Notes under the pieces: model-generated
Databases searched by the model: none
Told to the model about the DNA's origin: nothing
What the model saw: only the letters and a program-made list of their open reading frames with translations
Assembly (NCBI GenBank): GCA_963701965.1
Contig: OY969695.1
Span: 4,512,001 to 4,576,000 of the forward strand
Direction of reading: 5' to 3'
Origin: an uncultured Gemmatimonadales bacterium
Lineage (GTDB): Bacteria > Gemmatimonadota > Gemmatimonadetes > Gemmatimonadales > Gemmatimonadaceae
DNA: 64,000 nucleotides
Made by a program: the position numbers and the translations under genes
In this document: positions 51,467-62,089 of the stretch, in pieces
How the letters are laid out: every line of letters starts with the position of its first letter
Numbering within the stretch: the first letter of the stretch is position 1

Positions 51467-52452
51467 GTCAACGCGTCCTGGTTACCGGCGGCGCGGGCTT
51501 CATAGGCTCCCACGTTGCCGACGCGTTTCTGGCCGCGCAGTGGGACGTCACCATCGCCGACAATCTGTCCAGCGGCCGGCGGGAAAACGTGCCGGAGCGC
51601 GCCACCTTCGTCGACATCGACGTCACGAGCCCGGACGCCGCGCGCCTCGTGCGCGATGGCCGCTTCGACGTCATCACGCATCTCGCCGCCCAGATCAATG
51701 TCCGCAAGAGCGTCGCCGATCCAGTGCACGATGCGGCGATCAACGTGCTCGGCACCCTCAATCTGATCGAGGCCGTGCGCGCCTCGGGCGGCGCCGGCCG
51801 GACGCGGTTCATCTTCTCGTCAACCGGCGGCGCGCTCTACGGCGACTTCGTGACACCGCCGAACGATGAGGCGGCGCCCAAGGACCCGGAGTCGCCCTAC
51901 GGCATCGCGAAACTGAGCGCCGAGTACTATCTCGCCTACTACGCGCGGCTCCACGCCCTTGATACGGTCGCCGTGCGTTACGCGAACGTCTACGGCCCGC
52001 GGCAGGACCCCCATGGCGAGGCCGGTGTCGTGGCGATTTTCTGCAACCGCATCCTGGAGGGACGACCCCTGACGGTATTCGGAGACGGACGACAGACGCG
52101 CGACTATGTGTTCGTCAAGGACGTGGCCCGCGCCAACCTCGCCGCCGCGACGCGCCCGCTGCCGCCGGCCGGACGGCTCGATGCGCGCGGTTTCAACGTT
52201 GGCACCGGCGTCGAGACCAGCGTCTTGGATCTGGGACGGACGTTGAACGCCGTCGCGGGAAAGAACGTGCCCATCGAACACGCGCCGGCCCGCCCCGGCG
52301 AGCAGCTCCGTTCCTCGGTGCGCATCGCCAAGATCGCCCAACAGCTCGATTGGCGTCCCACGGTGTCGCTGGACGCCGGTCTCGCCGAGACCTTCGCCTG
52401 GTTCGCCCAGTTCGCCCAGCAACGCGCCGGTCAGAACCGGCAGCCGGCATGA
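51463..52452 (+). CDS. NAD-dependent epimerase (UDP-glucose 4-epimerase-like)
   Basis: TGGAGFIGSH, SSTGGALYG, YGIAK, NVYGPRQDPHGEAGVV. Confidence 0.9.
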   Translation: MSQRVLVTGGAGFIGSHVADAFLAAQWDVTIADNLSSGRRENVPERATFVDIDVTSPDAARLVRDGRFDVITHLAAQINVRKSVADPVHDAAINVLGTLNLIEAVRASGGAGRTRFIFSSTGGALYGDFVTPPNDEAAPKDPESPYGIAKLSAEYYLAYYARLHALDTVAVRYANVYGPRQDPHGEAGVVAIFCNRILEGRPLTVFGDGRQTRDYVFVKDVARANLAAATRPLPPAGRLDARGFNVGTGVETSVLDLGRTLNAVAGKNVPIEHAPARPGEQLRSSVRIAKIAQQLDWRPTVSLDAGLAETFAWFAQFAQQRAGQNRQPA

Positions 52453-53204
52453 GCCCGGCGCTCCTGATCCAGGTCGGTGCCGCGATCCCGACATCGCCAC
52501 TCGGTCTCATCATCGCGTCGACGATCTCGACGAAGATCATCCTCGGCCTGCTGGCTACGCTGTCGCTCTTGAGCTGGACGATCATGTTCGCCAAATGGCG
52601 GCAGTTCTCGTCCCTGCAGAGGATCTCGCGCGATTTCCTGGGTCGCTTCGAGCATGCCGAGCGGTTCGACCAGGCGGCGGCGCTGGGCGCGCGGTCGTTG
52701 TCCAACCCCTACACGCGCGTCCTCGCCCGCGCCGCGCAGTTCATCTCGGTCGGTCGGACCAGCCAATCCCTGCCGGCGGGAGGAGGCGGCACGGCCGTCG
52801 CCGCCCCTCCGACCCGGAGCGCCGGCTCCGTGACCGGGGCCCAGGTCGAAGCCATGCGCCTCTTGCTCGACGCCGAGACCAACGTCGAGCGCGACCGCCT
52901 GGCCCACTTCATTCCCTCTCTGGGAACGATTGGCTCCGTGAGCCCGCTCATCGGCCTCCTCGGGACGGTACTGGGCGTCATCGACGCCTTTGTCGGGTTA
53001 TCCGCCAAGGGATCGGGGAACATCGGGGCCGTGGCGCCCGGCGTCGCCGAGGCGCTGATTGCCACGGCCGCTGCACTGTCCGTGGCCATTCCCGCGGTGT
53101 TCGGGTATAACGTCTTCGCCAATCGCCTCAACCGGTTCGACAACGAGCTGGAAGGATTCGGATCGACCGTGATCGCGCTGGCCGTGCGCGAAGGGAAGAT
53201 CTGA
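52449..53204 (+). CDS. tolQ: MotA/TolQ/ExbB proton channel
   Basis: SPLIGLLGTVLG, VAPGVAEALIATA; tol-pal context. Confidence 0.88.
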   Translation: MSPALLIQVGAAIPTSPLGLIIASTISTKIILGLLATLSLLSWTIMFAKWRQFSSLQRISRDFLGRFEHAERFDQAAALGARSLSNPYTRVLARAAQFISVGRTSQSLPAGGGGTAVAAPPTRSAGSVTGAQVEAMRLLLDAETNVERDRLAHFIPSLGTIGSVSPLIGLLGTVLGVIDAFVGLSAKGSGNIGAVAPGVAEALIATAAALSVAIPAVFGYNVFANRLNRFDNELEGFGSTVIALAVREGKI

Positions 53205-53620
53205 TGGCCGGGCGCCGGCGGGGCGAGCGCCTCGCCCTCAACGCGGAGATCAACGTCGTCAGCTTGATCGACGTCATGATGCTCCTCATGATCATCTTCA
53301 TGATCACGGCGCCGATCATGCAGGGCGGCGTCGACGTCGCGCTGCCCAAGGCCGAGGCCAAGCCCCTCGAGCCCAAGAGCGGGTTGGTGGTGACCATCGA
53401 CCGGGCCGGGCAAATCTCCGTCGATGAGACGAAGCTCACGTATGGGGAGTTCCGGGCCAGCTTCAAAGCACTGGCCGCCCAGCGCGGGAAGGATGGCGTG
53501 TATCTCCGGGCCGATGCCGGTGTTCCCTACGGGACCGTCGTGGAGGTCCTGGCCGTGATGCGCAACACCGGCGTGGGTGACATTGGCCTGGTGGCCGAGC
53601 CGGAGGACGTCAAGCAGTGA
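53204..53620 (+). CDS. tolR: TolR/ExbD
   Basis: EINVVSLIDVMMLLMIIFMITAP, LRAD..VPYG. Confidence 0.88.
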   Translation: MAGRRRGERLALNAEINVVSLIDVMMLLMIIFMITAPIMQGGVDVALPKAEAKPLEPKSGLVVTIDRAGQISVDETKLTYGEFRASFKALAAQRGKDGVYLRADAGVPYGTVVEVLAVMRNTGVGDIGLVAEPEDVKQ

Positions 53621-54348
53621 CGTCGGCGCCGCGGCTCGCGCCAGCCGCACGGGCTCCGTTCGGGACCTCGTTCGGTGCGGCGGCGTTGTTGCACGCCGCC
53701 TTCGTCGGGGTGCTCATTTTCATTGCCAACCGCAAGCCGCCGGACATGCCGCCGGTCTATCGGGTGAACATCTTGGCGGCCCCACCCGGGCCCCGGGCGA
53801 TTGGCGTCGTCTCGCCGACGCCGCCGCCCGAGGCGCCGCCGCCGGAGCCCACGACACCGCCGCCGCTGACCCAGCCGCCGCCGGTCGTACCCACGTTCAC
53901 CCCGCCCAAGAAGGCCCCGCCGCCCGTCAAACCCCAGCGCGCGACGCCCACGACGGCGCCGCCGCCGACCAAGCGTCCCCCGCCCCTTCCGCCAGCCGGC
54001 GGCGGGCCGACCGGCGGGACGGGGACCGACGTCGCGACGGTGCAGCTGGATCAGGGCATAGACTTTCCTTATCCGGCTTACCTCAATAACATCGTCCGTC
54101 AGGTGGCGCTCAACTTCAAACCCGATGACCCGAACACCGCCTTACGCGCGGTGGTCATGTTCGTCATTCGACGGAACGGTACGATCAGCAAGCCGCAATT
54201 CTCGACGCGGTCCGGCGACTACGCCTTCGACCTCGAGGCACAGGGGGCCATCGAGAAGGCGGCCACCGCGTTCGGGCCGCTCCCCGATGGGTTCAAGGAC
54301 GACGCGCTACCCGTGTATTTCAGCTTCGATCCCCGCATCCTCCATTGA
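53617..54348 (+). CDS. TolA/TonB C-terminal domain protein
   Basis: N-terminal TM with His, Pro-rich linker, SG..FD..A..AI..FGPLP. Confidence 0.8.
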   Translation: MTSAPRLAPAARAPFGTSFGAAALLHAAFVGVLIFIANRKPPDMPPVYRVNILAAPPGPRAIGVVSPTPPPEAPPPEPTTPPPLTQPPPVVPTFTPPKKAPPPVKPQRATPTTAPPPTKRPPPLPPAGGGPTGGTGTDVATVQLDQGIDFPYPAYLNNIVRQVALNFKPDDPNTALRAVVMFVIRRNGTISKPQFSTRSGDYAFDLEAQGAIEKAATAFGPLPDGFKDDALPVYFSFDPRILH

Positions 54349-54355
54349 CGTCCTG

Positions 54356-55648
54356 ATGTCGAGATTTCTGCTCGGTGCCGGCGCCGTGCTTCTGCTGACG
54401 ACGGTCGCCGCTTCACCGGCGTTCGCGCAGGACAGCACGCAGCGCGGCGTCCATATTGGCCTGACCTATGCGCCCGGCACCCGTCCCGGCGTCACCGTGT
54501 TGCCGATCCTCGGCGTGGGCGGTGACTCGGCGCAGGCGCTCCTCCAACGCGATTTGGACTACGGGGACCGGGTAACGATCATCGCCACCACCGGCGTCGC
54601 CAGTACCGGCTCGCCGGACGTCAACTACCCCCTGTACGCCAAGCTCGGCGCCGCGGCCGTGGTGCAAGCATTCCTGGCGCCGACCACCCTGCACGTGCTG
54701 GTGCACGATGTGCGCGGGCAGAAAATCCTGCAGACCCGCGACTTCCCCGTGCCGTCGACGGTCGGGTCGCCGGAATGGCGCTTCGCGATCCACGCCGCCT
54801 CTGACGCCATCGAGCAGACCATCACGGGCACCAAGGGGATCGCCGCCACCCGCATTCTCTTCGTGCGCGACGGGCAGATCTACGTGTGCGATGCGGACGG
54901 CGCCGACGTGAAGGCGCTAACCCCCAAGGAGGGGGCCCTGTCGCCAGCCTGGCATCCCTCGGGCCGGTACATCGCCTACTCGGTATTCACCAACGCGGGG
55001 ACATCGATCGTTGTCCAGGATCTGACCAACGGTTCGACGCGACATCTCGTGGGGACGCCAGGCGGACTCAACAGTGCTCCGGTCTTCTCGCCCGACGGCA
55101 AGACTATCGTCTATGCCCACGGCGACGAAGTCGGCACCGATTTGTTCGCCGCGAATCCGTTCACCAACGATCCCGCGCGCCGGATCACCGTGGGACATGG
55201 CACGGACAACACCCAGCCGACATTCAGTCCCGACGGCCAGCAGATCGCGTTCACCTCGGGTCGTGCCGGACACCCTGAGATATATATTACCGACGTCGAC
55301 GGGACGAACACGGACTTGCTGACGCCATATCAGTTCGGTGGGGAATTTTACCGTGCCGGGGCCGACTGGTCGCCGGATGGGCGAACGATTGCTCTGCAGT
55401 CGTTCGTGTCGAGCGTATTTCAGATCGAGACCATCAGCCTGCGCGATCGCAGCATGAAGCAGCTGACGAGCGAAGGGCGCAACGATGATCCCGCGTGGGC
55501 GCCCGACAGCCGGCACATGGTCTTCACGTCGACGCGTTCGGGCCTCCGGCAGCTGTGGGTGTTGGATGTCGAATCCGGCCGCGTGCGGCAGCTCACGTTC
55601 GGCAGCGAGGCTCGCATCGCTGCCTGGTCGCGCGCACTCGTGCCATGA
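54356..55648 (+). CDS. tolB: TolB beta-propeller protein
   Basis: PD40 repeats (P.FSPDG, WSPDG), signal peptide. Confidence 0.88.
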   Translation: MSRFLLGAGAVLLLTTVAASPAFAQDSTQRGVHIGLTYAPGTRPGVTVLPILGVGGDSAQALLQRDLDYGDRVTIIATTGVASTGSPDVNYPLYAKLGAAAVVQAFLAPTTLHVLVHDVRGQKILQTRDFPVPSTVGSPEWRFAIHAASDAIEQTITGTKGIAATRILFVRDGQIYVCDADGADVKALTPKEGALSPAWHPSGRYIAYSVFTNAGTSIVVQDLTNGSTRHLVGTPGGLNSAPVFSPDGKTIVYAHGDEVGTDLFAANPFTNDPARRITVGHGTDNTQPTFSPDGQQIAFTSGRAGHPEIYITDVDGTNTDLLTPYQFGGEFYRAGADWSPDGRTIALQSFVSSVFQIETISLRDRSMKQLTSEGRNDDPAWAPDSRHMVFTSTRSGLRQLWVLDVESGRVRQLTFGSEARIAAWSRALVP

Positions 55649-55686
55649 ATGTTGGTTTCCGTTTCCTTCCTATTGGAGAGCATGCA

Positions 55687-56289
55687 ATGACCCGCTTGTC
55701 ACGCGTCGTCGTCCCTTCAGTGGTGGTCCTGGCAGTGGCCGCGGCCGCCTGCGGGAAATCCGCGCCTCCACCGGCCACCACGCCGGCCCCGGCGCAGGCG
55801 CCGGCGGCACCGCCCGTGGATAACGACGCGGCCCGTCGGGACTCGATCGCGCGCGCCCAGCGGATCGCCGACAGCCTGCGCGCCGAGCAGGATCGCCTGG
55901 CGGCGGCCATCGCCGCGGCGCGGAATACGATCACGGCGACGATCTATTTTGATCTCGACAAGTCCGACCTGACGGACCAGGACAAGGCGTCGCTCGATCA
56001 GAAAGTCCCGATTCTCAACGCCAACAGCGGCCTCCGGATTCGCGTCGCCGGGAATTGCGATGAGCGCGGCTCCGACGAATACAATCTGGCCCTGGGCCAG
56101 CGCCGGGCGGCGGCTGCCAAGCGCTATCTCACCGATCATGGCGTCGACGGCTCGCGGATTGACGTGATCTCGTACGGGAAGGAACGGCCCGTGGCTCCCG
56201 GTCACGACGAAGGCGCTTGGGCGCAGAACCGGAACGATCAGTTCGAGATCACGGCGGGCGGCGACAACCTGAAGACGGCGGGACAATGA
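55687..56289 (+). CDS. pal: Peptidoglycan-associated lipoprotein
   Basis: Lipobox AAAC, IYFD.D, CDERGSDEYNLALGQRRA, SYGKERP. Confidence 0.93.
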   Translation: MTRLSRVVVPSVVVLAVAAAACGKSAPPPATTPAPAQAPAAPPVDNDAARRDSIARAQRIADSLRAEQDRLAAAIAAARNTITATIYFDLDKSDLTDQDKASLDQKVPILNANSGLRIRVAGNCDERGSDEYNLALGQRRAAAAKRYLTDHGVDGSRIDVISYGKERPVAPGHDEGAWAQNRNDQFEITAGGDNLKTAGQ

Positions 56290-57125
56290 TCCACGGGACT
56301 CGCCTCGCGCGGGTCCTTCGCTGTGCCCTCGCTCCGGTCGCCGCGTTGGCGGCCGGAGCGTGTTTTGCGACGCGGGAAGACGTCCGTCTGCTCCAGAGCC
56401 AGATGCAGGCCACCCAGGCCCAATCGGCGCAGGCCGACTCCCAGCGCAAGGCGCAGCTCGACCGCGTGGTCGAGCAACTGGGGCTGGTCACCGACTCGCT
56501 GGGCGGGCTCGCCGAGCGCCTCGCCAAGTTTCAGGGCGACGTGGAAGGGTCGGTGTACTCGATGGGCCAGCAGTTGATTCAGATTCAGGAGCTTACCGGA
56601 CAGAGTCAGCGGCGCCTGCAGGAGCTGCGGGCCGGGCTCGAGGTGCAACGGGGGACCTTCGGCCCGCCGACCCTCCAGAACGGGACGGCCGGGGGCGCGA
56701 CGCCCTCCGACAGCACCCGCCCGGCGGGTGCCGCGGCGGGGGCGGGAACGCCGGGACCCAACGAGTTGTACCAGTTGGCACTCGAACAGCTGCGCCGGGG
56801 TAGTACGGGCGCGGCACGGACGGCCTTCTCGGATCTGCTGCGGCAGTACCCGAACGCCAATGTTGCATCGGACGCGCAGTTCTACGTCGCGGACTCGTAT
56901 GACCGGGAAGGGAACACCGCGGCGGCCGATTCGGTGTACCAGCTCGTCGTGCAACGCTATCCGTCGTCCGAGCGGGCGCCGACGGCGCTGTACAAGCACG
57001 CCTCCGCGTTGCAAGCGTCGGGCAAGACGCAGGCGGCGCGGGCCGCGCTGCAGCAAGTGATCGCCAAGTACCCGCGGTCGGACGAGGCGGTGCTCGCCAA
57101 GGATCGGCTGCGGACGTCGAAGTAA
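56286..57125 (+). CDS. cpoB: Tol-Pal protein CpoB/YbgF (TPR)
   Basis: Lipobox AGAC, coiled coil, YP-type TPRs; follows pal. Confidence 0.85.
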   Translation: MIHGTRLARVLRCALAPVAALAAGACFATREDVRLLQSQMQATQAQSAQADSQRKAQLDRVVEQLGLVTDSLGGLAERLAKFQGDVEGSVYSMGQQLIQIQELTGQSQRRLQELRAGLEVQRGTFGPPTLQNGTAGGATPSDSTRPAGAAAGAGTPGPNELYQLALEQLRRGSTGAARTAFSDLLRQYPNANVASDAQFYVADSYDREGNTAAADSVYQLVVQRYPSSERAPTALYKHASALQASGKTQAARAALQQVIAKYPRSDEAVLAKDRLRTSK

Positions 57126-57191
57126 AGTCGTTCGCCCGTCAGGCCGTTCCTCGTTCCTAAAAGTCGGGCCGTTCCCGCCGCCAGCCTCCTC

Positions 57192-57995
57192 GTGACACCG
57201 AGCCGCACCCCCGCCGCCGAAATGCCGTTCCTCGACCATCTCGAGGAGCTGCGCTGGCGCATCATCAAATCCCTCGGGGCGCTGGTGGTGACGGTCGGGG
57301 CGTCGTTCGCCGTGCTCTACCAATTCGACATCGTGCCCATCCTGGCCCGGCCCATCCTGCCGTTGTTGCACGGGCACAAGCTGATCTTTCTGCACCCGAC
57401 CGACTCGTTCACGATCTACATGACGATCTCGATCATTCTCGGCGTGATCGTCGCCTCGCCCGTCGTCGTCTACCAGGCGTGGGCGTTCCTGTCGCCGGCG
57501 TTGTACAAGCACGAGAAGCGCCTGGTGACGCCGGTGGCCATTGGCGCGGTGCTGCTCTTTCTCTGCGGCGTCAGCGTGTCCTACTTCGGGGTCATGCCCC
57601 TCGCGCTCCAGTGGCTGCTCGCGTTTCAGACGCAATCGCTGGAGCCGATGATCAGCGTCCTCGAGTACTTTGATTTTCTGCTGACCATGTCCCTGGCGTT
57701 CGGGCTCTGCTTCGAGTTGCCGATCGTCATTCTGGTGCTGACCGCGCTCGGCCTGGTCACCCCGATGTTTCTCCGGAAGTACCGGCGGCATGCCGTCGTC
57801 CTGTGTACGTTCGTCGGCGCGTTCCTCACGCCCGGCGATCTCGTCTGGACCACGCTGGCCATGGCGGTGCCGCTCTATCTCTTGTACGAGCTGAGCATTC
57901 TGCTATCGAGCGTGATCTATCGGCGGCAACAGCGCAAGACGGACGCCGATGACGAGAACGACGACGTGCAGCAGAAGCGTCTGATCACGGCGTGA
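57192..57995 (+). CDS. tatC: Twin-arginine translocase TatC
   Basis: MPFLDHLEELRWR, WAFLSPALY..E, FELP, LYELS. Confidence 0.95.
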   Translation: MTPSRTPAAEMPFLDHLEELRWRIIKSLGALVVTVGASFAVLYQFDIVPILARPILPLLHGHKLIFLHPTDSFTIYMTISIILGVIVASPVVVYQAWAFLSPALYKHEKRLVTPVAIGAVLLFLCGVSVSYFGVMPLALQWLLAFQTQSLEPMISVLEYFDFLLTMSLAFGLCFELPIVILVLTALGLVTPMFLRKYRRHAVVLCTFVGAFLTPGDLVWTTLAMAVPLYLLYELSILLSSVIYRRQQRKTDADDENDDVQQKRLITA

Positions 57996-60900
57996 CGGGA
58001 ACCGCGTGCGCGCGCGCTCTGGCGCTCGCCGTCGCGCTCGCCCTCGCATTCCTGGCGTGGGCGCAACCCGCGGCGGCCCAGGTGCCGACCCGGCCCGCCC
58101 TCCCGCAGCAGTATCCTCCGACGCAGAACCAGCGGCGCACCACCCGCGACTCCATCATCGCCGACTCGCTGCGTAAGCTGTACGCCTCGGATTCGGTGAA
58201 GCACGCGGTGCACTGGGTGGAGCCCGATTCGATGGCCCAGGCCCTCCTCGACCGGGAAGGCTACTCCATCACCCGGTACCAGGGCCGCGAAGCCAAGCTC
58301 AACGCCGACACGCACGACTTGCAGGTCGAGGGCGAGAAGCACGTCAACGTCGGACGCGCCGCCGTCCAGCGGGACACGACGCTGATCATCGGCAACACGC
58401 TGCATTACAACGACAGCACGCAGCAGGTCGACGCCAAGGGCGACACGATCGTGCTGCACGATCCCACGCAGAACGAGAGCGACGTGTTCTCGTTCGGCCA
58501 TCTGACGTACAATGTGGCGAACCACACCGCGGTCGTGACCACGGTGTCGACCGAGTACACGCAAAGCGGCCAACGGTGGTTCATCGCCGCCAAAAAGGCG
58601 GCGTACGTCGGCGACACGACCAAGGGGAAGGAGGGCGGTCACAGCGTGTTTTATGGCCGCGACGCCGACATCACGACGTGCGACGACTCGTTTCCCCACT
58701 ATCACATCAAGGGTGGGGAGATGAAGTACGTCTCCAAACGGGTGCTCGTCATCCGGCCGGCCGTGCTCTACATCGCCGACGTCCCGATTCTCTGGCTGCC
58801 GTTCATGTTCCAGGACCTGCGGCGCGGGCGCCGGAGCGGCATCTTGACGCCGCACTTCGGATTTACGGAGCTGATCCGCAACAACCCGGACTATCGTCGC
58901 CACCTCGAGAATCTCGGCTACTACTTCGACCTGGGCGAATACGCCGACGCGACCGCCTGGCTGGATTGGCGGAGCGGCGCCCGCCCGACGGTGGGAGACC
59001 CGGGGTACGTCCAGTACAATGGCGAATTCCGGTATCGGTGGCTGAACCGGTTCCTCAATGGCGATCTGGCGATGAATTACCGCAGCCAACAGGACGGATC
59101 GACGAACACGTCGATCTATTGGAACCACCGCCAGGACTTCTCGCTGCACTCCCATCTGCAGCTGAACATCAACTACGTCACCAGCACGATCGTCCAGCAA
59201 CAGGCCTATCTCAACCCCTACGCCGCGCTGGCCAACATCAATTCCCAGCTCAATTTCCAACAGGATCTGGGACCGACGTCGATCAGCATCGGCGGCACGC
59301 AGACGCAGTATCCGGGTCAGACGCGTCTCGATCGGACCTTTCCGACGGTGAGCCTGTCGTCGAAGCCGGTGCAGCTCGGCAACGTGTTCACGTGGTCTCC
59401 GTCGCTGTCGCTCACCAATGCCCAGAGCTTCAACATCAATCAGACGGGCGATTTCCAGTCCTTCTACCTGATCACGCCCCAGGGAAACCTGGACAGCACC
59501 ACGCTCAACCGCGACACGCGGAACACCACCGCATCGTTCGACACGCCGATCAAGTTCTTCGGGTTCAACCTGCGCAACTCGTTCAACGTCCGCGACCAGT
59601 TCAACAACTTTCCGCAGACGGACATCATCTACACGCCCGCCCGGATCAACGGCCGCGACACGACCGTCCAGTCGACGCGCGTGTTCCGCACCACCTACGC
59701 CACGGCGCTCGACTGGGACACGGGCCTCGACCTCCCGCCGATCGGCCAGGGCAAGTGGAACATCATCCCCAGCGTGTCGATCGTGAACGCGGACGCCCAG
59801 GCGCCGTTCCTCCAACGCACCGAGCTCTCGGGCGCCGATTTCGTCACGCAGTCCAAGCGTCTGGTCTACGGGGTCAGCGCGTCGCCGACGTTCTTCGGGC
59901 TCTTCCCGGGGTTCCTCGGCATCTCGCGGTTCCGCCACTCGATCACGCCGACGGTGTCGTTCAACTACTCCCCAGAGGCGCACGTGGACGACACGTTCCT
60001 GCTCGCCAACGGCCAGAACCCGTCGGGCTACCTGGGGAACCTGGAACAGGAGTCCATGACGATCGGGTTGTCGACGAACATCGAGGCCAAGTTCCGCGAC
60101 GGACCGGACACCGCGCCGGACAACGGGACCAAGATCAAGCTGCTGTCGCTCAACTTCGATCCCGTGACCTACGATTTCGCGCGAGCCCGGGCCACGCACT
60201 CCACGGGCCTCACCACCAATTCGTTCGGCTACGATCTCCGCACCGAGATGATCCCCGGGTTCGATTTCCGGGAGACGTACTCGCTGTTTCAGGGGAATCC
60301 CGAGAGCGACACGGCGGTGTTCAAGCCGTTTCTGACGTCGGTCAGCGCGAGCTTTTCGTTCGGCGCGAACTCGCGCCTCCTCGACCCGTTCAAGAAACTC
60401 CTCGGCATTCCCGTCAAACCCGCCAAGCCCGACTCCATGGCGGGACGCGATCCGTTCTTCGCCCAGCAGGCCGCGGCGGCGCACGTCGCCGGCCAAGGGG
60501 CCCAGTACGCGCAGTACGCCATCCCCCAGGCCGGCCAAGGATGGAACGTGTCGGTGACGTACACCGAGAACCGCCAGCGGCCCCCGGTGGGCAACCTCCA
60601 GAACGCCATCACGTTCGATCCGCTGTCGCAGTGTACGCAGTTCCAGACCACGAACCCCTCGCTGTACGCGATCTGCGTCAACACGCACCGCTATCAATCG
60701 TTCGCCGCGGATTCCCTCGGCGGCATCAATGCGACCACGCAAGGCGCGCCGTTTCTCATCGTCCCGCCGCAACAATCGGTGTCCGGGTCCCTCTCGTTCA
60801 ACATCACGCCGCGATGGTCGGCCCAGTGGCAGACCACCTACGACTTCACGGGGCACAACTTCGCGAGCCAGGTCGTCACGTTGCAGCGCGACTTGCACGA

Positions 60901-61051
60901 CTGGCGCGCCGTGTTCTCATTCACCCAGTCGCCGACCGGGAGTTTCGGCTTTACGTTCTTCGTGGCCCTCAAGGCCGAACCGGCACTCAAATTCAACTAT
61001 GACCGAAGCTCGTACCGCGCGCCGACCGGCAGTAGCGGGACACAATTCTGA
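57992..61051 (+). CDS. Putative LPS-assembly outer-membrane protein LptD
   Basis: Signal peptide, ITTCD..PHY, VPILWLPF, RRSGILTP, C-terminal RDLHDW beta-strands. Confidence 0.75.
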   Translation: MTGTACARALALAVALALAFLAWAQPAAAQVPTRPALPQQYPPTQNQRRTTRDSIIADSLRKLYASDSVKHAVHWVEPDSMAQALLDREGYSITRYQGREAKLNADTHDLQVEGEKHVNVGRAAVQRDTTLIIGNTLHYNDSTQQVDAKGDTIVLHDPTQNESDVFSFGHLTYNVANHTAVVTTVSTEYTQSGQRWFIAAKKAAYVGDTTKGKEGGHSVFYGRDADITTCDDSFPHYHIKGGEMKYVSKRVLVIRPAVLYIADVPILWLPFMFQDLRRGRRSGILTPHFGFTELIRNNPDYRRHLENLGYYFDLGEYADATAWLDWRSGARPTVGDPGYVQYNGEFRYRWLNRFLNGDLAMNYRSQQDGSTNTSIYWNHRQDFSLHSHLQLNINYVTSTIVQQQAYLNPYAALANINSQLNFQQDLGPTSISIGGTQTQYPGQTRLDRTFPTVSLSSKPVQLGNVFTWSPSLSLTNAQSFNINQTGDFQSFYLITPQGNLDSTTLNRDTRNTTASFDTPIKFFGFNLRNSFNVRDQFNNFPQTDIIYTPARINGRDTTVQSTRVFRTTYATALDWDTGLDLPPIGQGKWNIIPSVSIVNADAQAPFLQRTELSGADFVTQSKRLVYGVSASPTFFGLFPGFLGISRFRHSITPTVSFNYSPEAHVDDTFLLANGQNPSGYLGNLEQESMTIGLSTNIEAKFRDGPDTAPDNGTKIKLLSLNFDPVTYDFARARATHSTGLTTNSFGYDLRTEMIPGFDFRETYSLFQGNPESDTAVFKPFLTSVSASFSFGANSRLLDPFKKLLGIPVKPAKPDSMAGRDPFFAQQAAAAHVAGQGAQYAQYAIPQAGQGWNVSVTYTENRQRPPVGNLQNAITFDPLSQCTQFQTTNPSLYAICVNTHRYQSFAADSLGGINATTQGAPFLIVPPQQSVSGSLSFNITPRWSAQWQTTYDFTGHNFASQVVTLQRDLHDWRAVFSFTQSPTGSFGFTFFVALKAEPALKFNYDRSSYRAPTGSSGTQF

Positions 61052-61189
61052 CCGCTTTTTGTGTCCTGATTCGAGGACAGCAGCGCGAGCTTAACACTTG
61101 CATCAACCTGTGCGTCATAGGGTTAGAGTCGACTGTCTCTTTGGCCCACCGGCTGCGAGAGCACGGGTAGCCATTACAGAGGAGCACAC

Positions 61190-62017
61190 ATGATTCCGGT
61201 ACGTCTGGGACTTGGCGCCATGGTCGTCATCGGCGCCCTCGTCGCATGCAACGATAACAACAACTTGAGCACGGTTCCGTCGAACGTGACGCTGCCGGTC
61301 CCGACCGGTCTCGTGTACCAGCTCAACATCGGCGAGCAGGTGGGCTCCGACTCTATCATCTACCCGGGCGTGCTCCTCAGCTGGATCCCGGGCAATGACC
61401 CCGACACCCTGGTCAACGATTTCGCGGTCTACGGGAGTCAGGACACGTCGAACACGGCCAACTCGACGCTGCGGGCCATCACGACGTCCCCGTCGTTCCA
61501 CGACGCCGGCACGCCGCAGAATTTCTACTTCGTCACGAGCCAGGACGTCGCCGGCGACCAGAGCGGGGCGTCCAACGTCGTCAAGATCAACGCCGCGGAC
61601 ACGGTCCGGACACCGGCCGGCGTGGTCGGCACCGCGCTCGACTCGGCCGTGGAGCTCGCCTGGCAGCCGAACTCGATCACCGGCCCCAACGGCAACCGGT
61701 TCGACTTTTATCGGGTCTACTCGGACGATGTGAGCGGGGGCCAGTGCGTCGCCAATGCGTTCGTGCTCGAAGGACAGAGTGTCTCCAACGCCTTCGTGAT
61801 CACGGGCATCGCCAACAATGTCCCGCGCTGTTACTGGACGTCGGCCGTCACGCTGAGCGGCCACGAGAGTGCATTTTCCAACGTCGTCGTCCTGACGCCC
61901 TCCGCTTCGCAGCCGCCGTTCTCCGCCGAGCACATCGCGGCGAATGCCACGGTGATCGTGCACCACCCGGTGGTCCTGCATAAGGCGCACGCCATCGTGC
62001 GTGTCATGCCCCACTAA
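61190..62017 (+). CDS. Lipoprotein with fibronectin type III-like domains
   Basis: Lipobox LVAC; P.GL..LSW..Y..Y.VT..D.SG.SN pattern twice; GAGGAG RBS. Confidence 0.78.
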   Translation: MIPVRLGLGAMVVIGALVACNDNNNLSTVPSNVTLPVPTGLVYQLNIGEQVGSDSIIYPGVLLSWIPGNDPDTLVNDFAVYGSQDTSNTANSTLRAITTSPSFHDAGTPQNFYFVTSQDVAGDQSGASNVVKINAADTVRTPAGVVGTALDSAVELAWQPNSITGPNGNRFDFYRVYSDDVSGGQCVANAFVLEGQSVSNAFVITGIANNVPRCYWTSAVTLSGHESAFSNVVVLTPSASQPPFSAEHIAANATVIVHHPVVLHKAHAIVRVMPH

Positions 62018-62089
62018 CGGTGATGGCGCACTGATGCAACCGACGCCGTACCCTTGAACGACAGGGTACGGCGTCCGACATTCCGGGCG

